Shown: one piece after another, positions 1 to 12,380 of the stretch
Numbering within the stretch: the stretch's first letter is position 1
Layout of the letters: every line of letters begins with the position of its first letter
Assembly: GCA_008632985.1 (NCBI GenBank)
Contig: QPGO01000379.1
Coordinates: 1 to 35,920, forward strand
Source: Psammoneis japonica
Taxonomy: Eukaryota
Direction of reading: 5' to 3'
DNA: 35,920 bases
Made by a program: the position numbers and the translations under genes
Notes under the pieces: generated by a model
Seen by the model: the letters and a program-made list of their open reading frames with translations, nothing else
Databases searched by the model: none
Told to the model about the DNA's origin: nothing

Positions 1-946
1 TCATGACTTCTTCTAGCTGAAATCGTGAGATTCGATACCACCCACACAAGAACAACCACATGACGGTACCCTTTCAAAAACTGAGTGAACCTTTGAATCT
101 CCGGACCTGCCCAACTACTCATTGCAGCGTTCGTGTCTAGCATCCCGTGCTCCCTTAGTTGATGGTACATTGGCTCCAGGAGTATACCAAACCCAACATA
201 GATTAATATCTCTGCGAAGTAGTGCGGGCAACTCACGTAGCGAAACCATCGACCAGAGGGTAGTCCATAGTATGCGGCGCTTGCTTTCGTCGGCACGTTA
301 TTGTTTTTTCTTCGGACCCTAGCAAGCAAGCAGTGATGGCAGTACTGTTCATACTGACCCAAAGATACAACAAGCCACGCCAATAGATAATGAAAGCATT
401 GAATTTCTTGGATCTTGTTGCTTGTTTTCTTGTATCAATTCGTCGGGGTTGCAGGTCAGTGGCGGAACAAACACAAATGCCAGCAAGCAATAGTGGACCA
501 CACCCAGCACGTAGCCACCAATGTGCATCTCACTACTGGGGTTCCATACGTGAACAAATCGACATTCCAACCATCGTCTTGCCAGGTGTGCAAACAAAAG
601 AAGCAGCCCACATTGGTGCGCCAGTCCCTGAAGCAACGTTGTGGCAATTCGTCTTGAAAAGCCGCACTGAACCACAAAAGAGAAATTGTTGATATCAACC
701 CAGCCACATAAAAGTGCCTAAAGTACAGCTTTGTACCAAGAACATATCTCCGTTCAAAAAGTACTGCACAATCGAAGACCGCTGTTGTTGCTTTACATTG
801 TTGTTGTTGTTTCGAGTCTTGCCGTGCGCCGCAACAGTGCGCAAAAAAGGCGATGCACACGAAGCCAACACGACGATGGTTAACAACCCATAGACTGGCG
901 CAACTACATCATCCACGACACACAAGGCCACTCGCAGAAACATCAA
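1..946 (-). CDS. Polyprenol reductase / 3-oxo-5-alpha-steroid 4-dehydrogenase (SRD5A3/DFG10-like); 3' end runs off the window; several frameshifts
   Basis: Family motifs are spread over different frames: HGKTR, KLYFRHFY, RRWLEC...MHIGGYVLGVVHY, and (manual translation of ~250-1) WFRYVSCPHYFAEILIY ... WVVSNLTISARRSH. One break near 735 is repaired by adding one C (FLVPKLYF). Confidence 0.8.
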
Positions 947-1247
947 TTATTGCAGATGCTTCAATCTGTTTTGTTGGTTCTCTCTCTTCTTCCTTTTCCT
1001 TCTTCAGCGCTTTCGAAATTTTCGATTTTAGTTTTTGCCCATTCATCTATCGGCTTTGGACTGTTGCGCCTTTTTATCATTCGATTGATTCGATTCTTCT
1101 CTGTCGAGATGAACCAAAAAGGCGCGATCGACGCGCGAAGCATCGGTGTTCGGTGTCGCGATTTGCCAATGACGCGACGAAGTATCGCGTCGTCGTGTGT
1201 CAGACGTCGTTCTCACTCGACATACTGTGAAATACAGTGCAAACCGG

Positions 1248-2493
1248 ATGCGTCAAGAGGCGAAAGCCTGGAAAAGTTCATTGACACCAGCAAAGGTCAT
1301 GATGGGGGGCAGGCGAAGAGTTGTTTGCGATTTGCGATGGCGATGTTTTTTCATCCAGTCCATGTTGATGTCAAGCAGAGTCGATCCGTGTTTTGGAAAG
1401 AGCAAATCTGTTACCACATTTCTATCGGGGCCTAAATCATCTTATAACGCCAGAGCAAGTCGATCAAGATACTTACCATCCACTCTATCAACAGTAGCAA
1501 GATTCGTGTCTACCGGAACGACAGACGAGCACGCCAGAAACGAAGATGATGATTGGGACCTGATTTTACGATTTACAGACGGATCGCACAATTCTGCAAA
1601 GATTTTTATTCCAGAAACAGAACCGTTTGGTGGACAGGACGCGTTTCAGAAGGCCTCGTTTGGCCAGCGTCTCGAAGCTACAATTGCAGCCTGTCGAGAG
1701 TTGGAAAAGTCAAGCGTATGGGTCGAAGTGCCCATGTCTCGAGCCAGTTTGATCGAAGAAATGGTAGAATCTGGGTTGCGATATCATCATGCAACAGGCG
1801 ATAAGGCAACGTTGTGCCTGTGGCTTGATGAGGAAAAGGATAACAAGATTCCGGATTTTGCGACTCATCATGTGGTACGTCTTTTGCTCTTGTTTATGCC
1901 AGTTGAAGTGATGTCTCAAGCTTCAGACCATAAACTTGTTTTCTCACAAACTCTACCTTGATTGTCAGGGCGTCGGTTCAATTGTTGTAAATAGTCGCAA
2001 TGAAATTTTGTGCGTAAGAGAATTGCATAGGAATTACAGGCCATGGAAGATTCCTGGTGGGCTGACGGAGCTAGGAGAACATTTAGATGAGGGCGCGATT
2101 CGTGAAGTCATGGAGGAAACGGGAGTTCCCTGTCGCTTTCTCTCTGTGTTGTGTGTTCGTCATACGCATGGAATACAATTTGGACGATCGGATTTGTATT
2201 TTGTGTGCCGATTGGAGCCTATTGAAGAGACAGATGACAATGGAAACGTTATAATACCGGAGCCCGTTGCTCAGGCTGATGAGATTGAAACTGCCGCGTG
2301 GGTGCCACTGGAAGAATACAAAGCGATGGTTAACGATCCCAAGGGACACCCAATGATGCAGCATGTGTTGCAGCTTTATGAACAAGATCATGAAATTGAA
2401 AGGACGGTATTGAGTAGCATAGTTCCAGGGAGGAAACCATCCCCAATATATCACATTCCAATTCGCGAAAAGAATAATGACGGCGAGACCTGA
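1248..2493 (+). CDS. Nudix hydrolase, NUDT6-like (pre-Nudix domain plus Nudix box)
   Basis: The Nudix box is GGLTELGEHLDEGAIREVMEETGV, with SVWVEVP, GLRYHHA, IPDFATHHV|GVG and SDLYFVCRL also present. GT-AG intron 1875-1968 joins the two ORFs in frame. Start codon is uncertain (1248, 1299 or 1362). Confidence 0.88.
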
Positions 2494-2886
2494 GACTTGA
2501 AAAATGCTTCCATGTTGTGTCAAAATCAGCCTCTCGTTTTCGTAGAAAAGAACCATTCGGGCTTGGAAAACTAGTAGCAAGAAACTTAAAGGGCGAACCA
2601 TATAATCGTAGAAGAGATAAACAAAGCCAGTGCCATATGGCTGGCTTTGTTTTGGACTTCTGCGCCAATGCAATGGAAGAGCAGAGAGACCGACAGATGC
2701 GCCTGTTGAAAATGTGGCGGGAAAATAAACCCATCGTACGTTTCAACGGCGTTTTGTATGGTGCGTGTCGCGCGATTTTTGAAATTTTGCTGTTGGCGCC
2801 GATGGGCGATGTGTCGCTTCTTCAGTGTTTTCAGCTTCAGGCTTCACTTCTCAGTTTTTGCGCTGTGATATTGGGATAAGATTTCC

Positions 2887-3594
2887 ATGAAGAATGCGTG
2901 TATATTGTGGACAGGAGGCAAGGACTCCATGATGGCTTTGATCAGGGCTCGGGAGCGTTACCACATTATTTGCCTCGCCACCTTCGAGCCCAAGCCGGAA
3001 AAAGCGTTCCTCGCTCATCCGCAATCCATCATCGAAGCCCAAGCAAAAGCTCTGGGCATTGAGCACCGCTTTCTTTCCGTCTCGGAACCATTTTCAGAAT
3101 CCTATGAAGAAGCAATCGATAAGCTTGCGGCTGCTGGAATCCAAGTCCTCGTCACCGGTGATATGGATCGTGTGGATGGTCACGAAAATTGGATTGCACA
3201 ACGAGCTCGAAATGTAGTAGAGGTTGACTTACCGCTGTGGAATGCAGATAGGAAACAAATTCTCTCTAGCCTCATTTCGGATCATTGTATTCGAGCCGTT
3301 TGTACCTTGACACGAGCCGATGCATTCGAGGAATGCATTGTCGGGAGAGAGCTTGACGAAACTCTCGTTTCAGAACTGTGTCGGCGGCATGGAAGAGAGG
3401 GCTTTGACGCTTGCGGTGAAAACGGAGAGTATCACACGGCTGTGTTATGTGGGCCAGGATTCGCATATGGTTTGCATTTGAGAGGGGCTAGAGTTGCGTG
3501 CACTGGATCATACCGCCACCTCATCTTTGACGCAGTTGAAACATCAGCTGAACGCAAGTCGATACAAGACAAAACTAACGAAACACAAGAATAG
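2887..3594 (+). CDS. Diphthine-ammonia ligase-like PP-loop ATPase (Diphthami_syn_2 / MJ0570 family)
   Basis: Intronless 235-aa ORF with WTGGKDS PP-loop, QAKALGI, VTGD, PLW and DACGENGEYHTAV motifs. Confidence 0.85.
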   Translation: MKNACILWTGGKDSMMALIRARERYHIICLATFEPKPEKAFLAHPQSIIEAQAKALGIEHRFLSVSEPFSESYEEAIDKLAAAGIQVLVTGDMDRVDGHENWIAQRARNVVEVDLPLWNADRKQILSSLISDHCIRAVCTLTRADAFEECIVGRELDETLVSELCRRHGREGFDACGENGEYHTAVLCGPGFAYGLHLRGARVACTGSYRHLIFDAVETSAERKSIQDKTNETQE

Positions 3595-3716
3595 AGAGTT
3601 GCTGCAGAGACCACTTTCTAACCTTACTACTAGACTAAACCGAGAACCCAACAACAAGAAAAGGAGGACCCAAACCTAACGTACTTTATGGGCAACCACC
3701 TTTCCTCAGCACAGAC

Positions 3717-4004
3717 TTAACGGGCGCGTTGACGCATCTTCCTCCTCTTTCTGCGAAGACGACGCATGCGCTTCTTCTTCCACTTCTTACGCATACCGCC
3801 ATTCGCTTCAAGAAGCATGGTGATGGTGTCATCCTCTTCCACGCCATTGGCAGCAAGAGAGCCGCCCTCGAGGGTCTGACGACCATTGACCAACTTGATC
3901 TGGGAACTAGGAACGAATTCCTTGTTCTCAATCAAAGTCTTGAGAGTCTCAACCGACGCATCGGCATCGACCGTGTAAGCCGTTGATCCGACAAAAATCT
4001 GCAT
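3717..4004 (-). CDS. RPL41: Ubiquitin-like domain fused to ribosomal protein eL41 (eS32)
   Basis: A 70-aa Ub-like fold (MQIFV...LEANGG) ends in di-glycine and is followed directly by MRKKWKKKRMRRLRRKRRKMRQRAR, the canonical 25-aa eL41 peptide. Confidence 0.92.
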   Translation of the reverse strand: MQIFVGSTAYTVDADASVETLKTLIENKEFVPSSQIKLVNGRQTLEGGSLAANGVEEDDTITMLLEANGGMRKKWKKKRMRRLRRKRRKMRQRAR

Positions 4005-4044
4005 AGTACTATGAACGCTTTTCAACAACTTGGTTGCTCGAAAC

Positions 4045-4310
4045 CTGGCAAAGAATAGAACGACAAAGAAAAATCAAATCACGTCAGAAATAACATGCCA
4101 CGGATGCGCTAATAACCTGTACTCTACAATCCCGATTGACACGAACGAAAGGAGACGAGGGAACGTAACGACTTCAGAACGTCCTCCAGAAAAAAATGAC
4201 GGAACCGTCGCCACAGCTTGCATTGGCAACGACAATAATGACATGGATCAGGTGAGTACGCGGGAGAAACGCCCGCGGACAGCGACGCAGCGACGCCATT
4301 GTCGTCTTAC
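4045..4310 (-). other. Probable 5'-UTR intron of the Ubl-eL41 gene
   Basis: Minus strand has donor AG|GTAAGA at 4310 and a pyrimidine-rich acceptor ...TTCTATTCTTTGCCAG at 4045, 40 nt upstream of the ATG. Confidence 0.5.
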
Positions 4311-4609
4311 CTTTCCGGTGAACAGACAGCAAGTTGTGTGCCGTTCGTGGCGAGACTTGTACCGAAGCTTACAGCAGCTTGCGTAAGTAGGATACATACG
4401 GGATGCGTCGTGGAATACATTGACCATTGACCCGCGAACCGAACACTGCCAGCACGCATGATCAGGTTGAGCGAGAATAACACACACTCAATGTGAGAGC
4501 ATGCCAAACAAGCAAACAGACAGCACGACTGAGAAAAGAAGGACAAAAATAAAACGATCATGATGCAAGATGCAAGCATGATGGAGATTTTTCGACCACA
4601 GCTGGTTTA

Positions 4610-5585
4610 ACAGGGTCCCCCCTTGTTCATCCAAAAATTACCGTGACATTTGAATAAAGCTGTTTGCTGAGTGATGATTTTTGAACACAAAAACGTTCAC
4701 ACATTTGCCCAAAAACGCCCACACATTTGCCCTGGATCGCACACGAAAACCAGAGCATCGAGGAGGTGCTCTCTCAATCAAGGAGGAAAAGGAGCATGAA
4801 CAGCTGCAGCCATCAACACATTTCTCAAAATTGCAGTCTGCCAGCAACACACTCTCACCTGACACACTGACCATGCAATGCGCGGCGAGCATGGCGGCAC
4901 CAATCGAGAGGGCTGTGCCTCTGTGTGCCTGTCTGTCACAAACTTGTGGTCACAAACTTGTGGCTTTTGGTTTTCACCACAGTGTGGAGCACAGTGAAAT
5001 AAAAAATCAGGCAAATCATGAGCTGTTTGTTGGCCAAATTCAAGCAGAAAAAAGCAGCAGCAACTGGCCGCCCCCTTGACCATGCTTCTGTTCTGAGATC
5101 TTGCAATGACTTGCCAGGTTTTCATTCATGACAGGCCTGCCAGGCTGGATTGCTCAATCAATGGCAAGCAGAGAGCCCTTGTGATGCCATCGGGGTTGCT
5201 GTGCTGTGCTGTGTGTGGCAGGGTGCATGCGCCGGCACTCTCTGGGCGCTTGCCTGCTTTTGTGTGGTTTGCACGTTGTTGAGCAAGGTGCACAAAAAAG
5301 GGCACTTGCCCCTGGAAACAGCTTTTGTTTCTTCAGTGCTGTCATCATCATCACAACAATGACCGTGCCTGGATCATCGTGCCTGTGCTGCCCTCGCCCC
5401 CACAGCCATCTTTTGCGCCTTTCTTCATCATTCTTGTGCCTGACTGCGGTCTGCAGCATCTCTCTTTTTCAGACAAGTGTCAGTCTTAAAGGCAAGATTA
5501 GGGTTGTCAGTTGGGCCTCAGAATGATTGAAGAGGTGATGTTGTGCAAATACAGAGTGTTGTTGTTATGATCATTGTGTTTTCTC
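4610..5585. other. TpA/CpG-depleted island; decayed repeat or gene fragment of unknown origin
   Basis: Only one TA (5000-5001) seen between ~4657 and ~5486. CA/TG is strongly enriched and the ORFs are Cys/His-rich and Tyr-free. Boundaries are approximate. Confidence 0.7.
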
Positions 5586-5602
5586 CATGTAAGCAGGAGC
5601 GA

Positions 5603-5661
5603 CAGAGGGTCATTCAATATATATCGTATCCGACTCGTATACATGTATTGAATGACCTCTG
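5603..5661. repeat. Short inverted repeat / hairpin (possible MITE remnant)
   Basis: cagagggtcattcaata ... tattgaatgacctctg: ~16-20 bp arms with one indel. Confidence 0.65.
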
Positions 5662-5999
5662 CTACAGAAATCTTAGTGTCCGAATACGCCTATAATTTTT
5701 TTGTCGTGGCACAAAAACTGGGACGAACAAAGATGCCATGATCCATGATCACACAAATCCAACTACCATAGCAACAACAGCGGCACACTTCATAAGGTTG
5801 CAAGGCTTAGCTTTAAGGCCTGCTTGTTCGTCTATGCCTCTCAGACGTCGTCCATAATAGAATTACAACACCGATAAGATCGAATTGTTCAATCGTTCCA
5901 TCACACAAGGCGTAGGAACTCGAGTGAGAAGTGAGAAGACAGCAGCAGCTGGGGAAGAATTCTAATTTCATAAGCAATCATCGCAAACAGCACTCTACA

Positions 6000-7232
6000 A
6001 TGGGGAAATGTGGTGGATGTTTTGACTGTGGTGTGTGTAGTAGGTAGGTGTCAAAAAATCATTTCTGTCTTGGGCGGTTGCAAAAGTATTTCTCACTTAT
6101 TGTGTTGCACGCAGGCTTTCGGCTGTGATTTGTGGGATTGTCGCCGTCACCATGAGCATCATGGTTGGCGTTTCATGCGAATACGCGAAAATCGAACCCG
6201 ACGACGGTACAACGATTCCAATATTTGGTGGCATTAACGCAACGGGAGGAACGGTTGGTTTGCTTAAAGTCAGCGTCAACGGTCAAAACTGCCGGTATTG
6301 GAGAACAAGTGAACGAGATAACTTTGACACACAAATGGAAATTGCCGGGTTTGGAGCAGCTTTTGCGATTGCATGTGGTATACTTGCTGTAGCTTTTGTG
6401 TGGTTGGAATTTGTATGGTGTCAAATGAAGCTCGGCCGCATCATTGTTTCCGTGCTGCTTATCTTTGCAATGATTGGGATTGGCCTTAGCTCGTTAGTCT
6501 ACTCGAGCAAGATTTGGTAAGCACCCTGCCATATCGCGGTTGTACATTTTTTTTACTTTCGTCCTCATGATTCAAAATTTGGTTGCTAGTCAAAAACCAA
6601 ACAGCAATCAATGCTCCGTTGACACGGGGACTTACTATGCAATCGTTGCGTTTTCCCTCTTTTTATGCATCAACTGTTTTCTTTGTTGTACGCCTGCACC
6701 CGAACCGTCGTGTAAAAAGCTAAAGGAAACAGAAGAGTTTGATCCGTGTTGTCCTTGCTTTAGACACGATGATGCGAAAGTCGACGCTGCCGAAGTAGAA
6801 GAAGAGGATGGAGAAGAAGAAAACGAGGAAGATGCAGAAGATGAGGAAGTCGAAGAAGAGCCAGAAGAGGAAAAGAAGGGAGGATTCTTTATGTTTTGGC
6901 GAAGAGACAAGAAACAAGATGACGAGCCCGAGGAAGAGCCAGTTGACGAAGAAGACAATGTTTCAACTCCTTCAGACTATCACGAGAGCGTGACGGAAAT
7001 TCCCGAGGCCGTCATGGTAAGTGCAGTAAGTACAATGCCAGAGTACTACTCAGAACGAGAGACTATGATGGACCAGACGGCTACAGAACATCAGGATAAT
7101 GGGTGGCATTTTTGGCCGAGAAAGGAGGCCGCCGCTGCACCTGCCGCTGAACCAGAATCGGGAAAAGACCTGTTCTTTGATGCTGAAGTGACAGACACTG
7201 GGAAGGGGGGTAAAGCAGCTGAGATATTTTAA
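6000..7232 (+). CDS. Multi-pass membrane protein (claudin-like 4-TM layout) with acidic C-terminal tail; paralog of 31588-32865
   Basis: Exons 6000-6043, 6115-6516 and 6590-7232 join in frame via GT-AG introns. It has four hydrophobic segments and shares motifs with the paralog (FFxFWRRDK, YHxSV, EIPEAV, FWP, KDxFFDA, AEIF/Y). Confidence 0.8.
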
Positions 7233-7443
7233 AAATAGCTCTACTATTGCATGTTGGGTGATCCGTGTTATGTTTGCTCTATTACAGTTGTATCCACACT
7301 ACAACAAGCTCGAGCGCGGGCGATCATTCAAGATCACGCGTTTATCGCTTTCGCGCGCATTTTTGTTTTTGTGGCGGGAAAGAAGAGGACGATGGTACGT
7401 AGCAATGCAAGAGCACAGATTTCGTACAACAGGAGCACCGACA

Positions 7444-8309
7444 ATGAGCGCCGCAGCAACAGAATCTACTAAAACGGACCGCAAGGCTCTAGAGGAGGAA
7501 GCTGCAAACACGAGCTTGAGCCTCTTGTCTGTCACGGATGGAGAAACAGAGAGCGGAATTCCAATTGTAAAGTTCATTGACGACATTGATGCTTTTGCCG
7601 CAACGTTTACTCCACCTGCCTCTGCGGAACTGCTTATTGGAGCATACTCAGATCTCTTTGGCAAGTTCAAGACATATGAAACCCAACTGAGTCAAAAGCG
7701 TAAGTGAGACAGTTCCAGGAAATATAATCTGGGAGCTGCAATCTTCGTCGCGGCACACCGGAGCTGGATTCTTGATCCAACCACTAAGTGATCCACTCGC
7801 TTCAAGCCCTCTGCCTACTCTCTTTAATTCTCATGTGTAATCTCCGTATCTCTATAGGACTGAACTTTCAACAAAATCCCAGAGATGGAAAAATCCTTGG
7901 CACTGTCAAGCATCTCCAACAGAAAAAGCAAGAAGACGAAAAGGTAGTCACGCGGTATAATTTGGCAGACGCGTCTATGGCAAGGCTGAGGTGGACTGCT
8001 CGAGTGGGATCGTAAACCTTTGGCTTGGCGCAATGTCATGTTGGAATATACCTATGACGAAGCTATGAACTGCTGTCGACCAAGTTGGCGGCTGCACAGA
8101 AAGATTTGGAAGATGTAAGTTTCTTTGTTGCATGTACCTGTAGCTTTTGGCAAGGCGCACAGTCTCAACTTGTTCTACTTTGTGAAACTTTCTAGGTGAC
8201 GAAGGACTTGGCCTTTACGAGGAATCAAATCATTACTGCCGAGGTAAACATTAGTCGCATCTACAATTGGGATGTGCGAAAGAAGCGCATGGGTAAGGAG
8301 AACCAGTAA
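7444..8309 (+). CDS. PFD3: Prefoldin subunit 3 (VBP1-like); middle exon frameshifted
   Basis: GIPIVKFIDDID, FGKFKTYE, TRYNLAD, VNLWLGA(N)VMLEY and NQIITAEVNISRIYNWDVRKKR. Introns at ~7701-7857 and ~8116-8195. Several apparent single-base deletions lie between 7870 and 8070. Confidence 0.88.
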
Positions 8310-8465
8310 AACCGTCGTCTAGCTAGGCTCTGCAGGGTTTCGTCTATTCTAAATAGAGTTGAAAGATAGAAAAGGGGAAGCACTGAATCATCTTCTATCA
8401 GTTAGCTACGTCTTTTGCTCTAGTCTCAGATTGCGCCCGTTCTTGTTTTGGTCTTTCTGTACACT

Positions 8466-9655
8466 CTAATCTTTCCCCGGAGGATCCCTTGATGAGGAAA
8501 TTCCTCCCAGGAGCTTATGGTCCAGGGTTGCCATGATAAGTTGCGCAGAGAAAGATTCGCCCTCGGTATCAACCAGGACCGGCTTCCCTCCCCACTGGAA
8601 GGAAATCGAGACACGTAGCTCTTGATCCAGGTGAGATTGAGAGCAGAACTGAAGCATAGCCTACAGAAATTGGAGTACGTAGGGAGAGTTATTGATCATT
8701 TTATCTGGTTGTCGTCCGCTCTTACTGTAATGAACACTTACCTTTAGTTCTCGCATACCAAACACAAGTGTCACGCACTCGTTCACATTAGAGGGAATCT
8801 CGGACCCTTCGGCAACTTCCAACTCCTCCACGATGCGATCGTCTATAAATTCAAAGTCATAGAACTCGTCTGAACCAATGCTGGTTTCCGTTTTGAGCAG
8901 CGTAGCGGTTGACGCCTGTAGTACTGCATTGTCGGAATACGACGAAACAGTGCTATCGCCGTGATGAAACCCAGTGGCAGTGACAACCTGTAAAAGAAAC
9001 CGATTGTGTGATGAGTCAGAACCGAATCACTTTTGAAGCATTCTTCTCCAATTAAGATTAGAATATACCTTACCTTGTGAGCATAATTGACAATAAGCGC
9101 TACTTCTGAAGTTCCCTTGAGCGGATCAAGCATTCTCAGCAGCACCTTGGGTGCAGCCACAAGTTCGCTGCAATCGTCCTTGGAAGCCACGGCGTTCACT
9201 CCATCCGTGTCTGCCGCCACACCAATCCGATGAACGACACGGAGATTTGCAACGTCATTTCGTTGCGATGATTTATTGCTAAGTTCCATTCGAAATTCAA
9301 ACGAAAGATAAGCGTGTTGATTAGAGGTTTCGTTGCGGATGCGCAGCGACGTGACACCCTTGCGTGGTTTCACCACGGCGGTTAATGCCTTGAGAGCAAC
9401 ACGACAGGAATAGTTCTCGTCTTCTTGAGAAACGAAGGAATTTCTCCTTTTCATGGGCGGTGGAGCAGTACAGCGTTCAAAAAAGGAAGGCTCCCACTGA
9501 AAGGAACAAAACGCACTCTTCGCGTCATTGAGTGATCGAAAGGTCAAGCCTTCGACTGCATCGAATTCGACGTAGAGCTCCTTCCCAATTCTTGATAACA
9601 TGCCGATTGCGGCACAAAAGGGACGTACGGAATGACTTGGAATTACACAATCCAT
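8466..9655 (-). CDS. RAD9: Rad9 subunit of the 9-1-1 checkpoint clamp
   Basis: N-terminus AIGMLSRIGKELYVEF...FRSLNDAKSAFCSF...FFE and C-terminus MLQFC...ISFQWGGKPV...LIMATL. Introns at ~8990-9073 and ~8662-8741. Confidence 0.82.
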
Positions 9656-10439
9656 ATCGTTGGATCCTGGATCTGATGCAGAAGCAACTACAGCAATGTA
9701 ATGCGAGCAATGAATGAAATCGCTCGCTCGCTCGAATGAAAAAATCACAGCTCTATAAGCACATCTCCCAAAGCGCAATAGGATTTTGGTGGGAAAAATA
9801 ATATAATATTTACATATATACGGAAACTGATAAAAACATATTGAATATACTGTCGGAGCGAGTTTGGAATTTCAAAAATTCGGTGTATGCGGGCGCGTTC
9901 CTCCATGGCGCTAAAACGCGTTGGAAAGTTGCGTTGCACCGTTGACCGATACAGCGGCGTTTCAATCATTGGTCTCGCTGCCCGCTTCGGCAGAGATTCT
10001 GTCGTTGCAAGTTGGAAGTGTCCGGAGTGGAACGCATTCTTGGCCAGAGCTTTGGGCCACAGTCGATTCTCATCCAGCCTGCACGTATTGAATCGTAGTT
10101 AATTAAGCACTCGCAGTCGACCATGTCCAAACATGCCAACGCAGTCGAGGTCTCTATGGAAGATACACTGAGCTGTTTGAGCACACAGATTACAGATGTC
10201 TTGCTCGTTTGGTCGCATGGACAACAGTTGCGTCACCCATTTCATGTTCCCTCTTCTAAAAGGCATCTGTTGTATTGTAGATTGTAGCAGTAGGAAATTT
10301 TTGTGATTGAGGACAAAGGGAGAAGGGAAAGTTTTATGGAATCATTTTTTTCTATCGGAGCCAAAGAAACGAGCACACGGAACGAGTTTTAATCGAGTGT
10401 TAGTTGTTTACAAGAACATTCGAACGGGGTTATCCTTTA

Positions 10440-10996
10440 TCAGAACAAATGCGCTTGGTACACCGATGCTAAGTGGCTCCAAGTTGCTTCCGTGATTACC
10501 GCTTGTGTGAATTTCTCATAACAAGTGAATTCCTCTGGGTAGGGGGATCGGTAACTCAGATACCTGAGGATCCTTCGATTGCCAGAGGATAGTTGCGGAA
10601 TGGTCTTGAATGCAATTTTGCCCGTTGTTGCAATCTTCATATCGGCAGGAACATGTTGAAAGTTGACAGAGATCCACAGATTGTTTGTCTTGACTTCACT
10701 AGGAGTAAGCACTGTCCATGACCATGGTGGCGATTCCTGAGGGTCATACTTAAGCCACATTATGTTCTTGCCGCAAAAATGTGTTCAAACGCGTCACGGC
10801 AAAAGATACTGTTCCCGCCCACAACACGGAACAAGTTCTTATCAAGCTTTTTCAGTCGTCGTAATTCTCGTTGGTGCTTGCCAAAGTGACAGCTTTTTGG
10901 TCTTCTTGAATCCCCAACTCGCACTGGACTTGTCGGTGATGACACCAACGAAACGAGACAGAACGAAGCGACAAGAAAAATTCTTGGAGTCAGCAT
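10440..10996 (-). CDS. Hypothetical protein (two abutting ORFs, possibly one frameshifted gene with a signal peptide)
   Basis: ORFs 10760-11011 and 10440-10760 overlap at TAATG, and the N-terminus is hydrophobic. No recognisable domain. Confidence 0.3.
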
Positions 10997-12380
10997 GATG
11001 TGATTCAGCAAGTGACAATGGTTTAATGGCGTATTGTGCGTTTGGTCTGTTGGGTTTCCGACAGTGAAGATTTGATCTCGCGCACGTGTGCGCGGTTATT
11101 AGACTGTGTAGGCGTGTGTGCGTGTGTGAGGTGTAAGTAGAATATACGTAGAATTACTACTGATGAGTTGACAGGCGGTGGATTTTCCGCCGGTACACAA
11201 TCTACGCGGTCTACATGGAACATAAATTTATGTAGGTCTCTTAGGGTTTTACATATCATTGAAATTTCTTGGACCTTGAGGAGATACATACCCAAATTCA
11301 AAAAAGTGAGGAACACCCCGAAACACATTTTAGAGGATGAATAAAAATTATTTCTATATAACGGTCCGAACAGGGTCGCCCCGAAGCGCTTCTCAAAATA
11401 TCTAGAGATTGTATATAGTAAAACATCTACTATTAGCAAAACAGAGTCACTATCGGATAAATAGATCCCGTGTTCTTCGCGCGCAAACAACACGATAACG
11501 CACAACAACACCATGGCGAGAAACGCGAACGCCGTCCCCTCATCTACAAGCTGGGAATACGAGATACTATTGAAGTGGTTGGACAGTGTGTATGCGCTTT
11601 ATTCATGGGTCAAGTTGGGTTTCTTCTCGCTGCTTGTTGTTGCGTCATTTTACAACGTTTTGACCCACGCCGTGTTCTTTGCTTTGTTGCTTCTGCTCGC
11701 GCGCCACCAACAGCTTTTCCTGCAGGGTATGGCCAGTTGCACGGCTGCATCGAACCCAAACGTGCGCGACCAACTAGCCATACCCCGGCTAACTCATATT
11801 GGTCACAATATCTGGAGGGTCGGATTCCATCACTTTTTTTGATGTGTCCAAAACCATCATTGGCACACTCTCGCTAGAGGTGCGTCACAAAACACTGCCG
11901 AAGCGGGTCGAGAGTTGCGTTCAGCAATAGTCACTCTTGTATGTCAGCTCCGGCCGTAGCAGAAAAGTTCATTGCCATGCAACAGTGCACAAAAACTTTC
12001 TGCTGCAGGTATCTCTCTAGCTGGAGATACCACCGGTACGGAAGTTCGCTTGAAACATAGAAGCGAGAAGAGCCAAAAAATGATGACGGATAGACGCAAA
12101 AACAGAATCGAAAATCCCGCCCGCGGTTACCGGAATCCGCCGGTTATGCTTTTGCTTGCTTTACCCGGCTATGGCCAAGACCCAAAAGAATTCAATGATT
12201 CAAACTCACATCATAGCAGAAAGCCCTGTCAGAACCTTTGTCGGCATTTGTCTTTGCCTACAGTACCATAGCTTTTTTATCGTTTTAGCAGAGCGGAGAA
12301 CAAAACTTTCAAACAGCTATGCATTATGCATCATTCCAAGTTCCATACTAGGCCTAGATTCACTACATCCGCATTAAAGC

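Noticed and set aside
4045..4310. Intronic snoRNA in the putative 5'-UTR intron
   Set aside because: Short hairpins are present but there are no convincing C/D or H/ACA boxes.
1..8309. Polyprenol reductase and prefoldin 3 as pseudogenes or programmed frameshifts
   Set aside because: The breaks examined are single-base losses in short homopolymers of otherwise conserved housekeeping genes, which is typical of unpolished long-read consensus. Short reads would settle it.
11023..12300. ORFs 11023-11514, 11513-11842 and 11972-12271 as genes
   Set aside because: No recognisable domain or splice support, and part of the region is AT-rich intergenic-like sequence.
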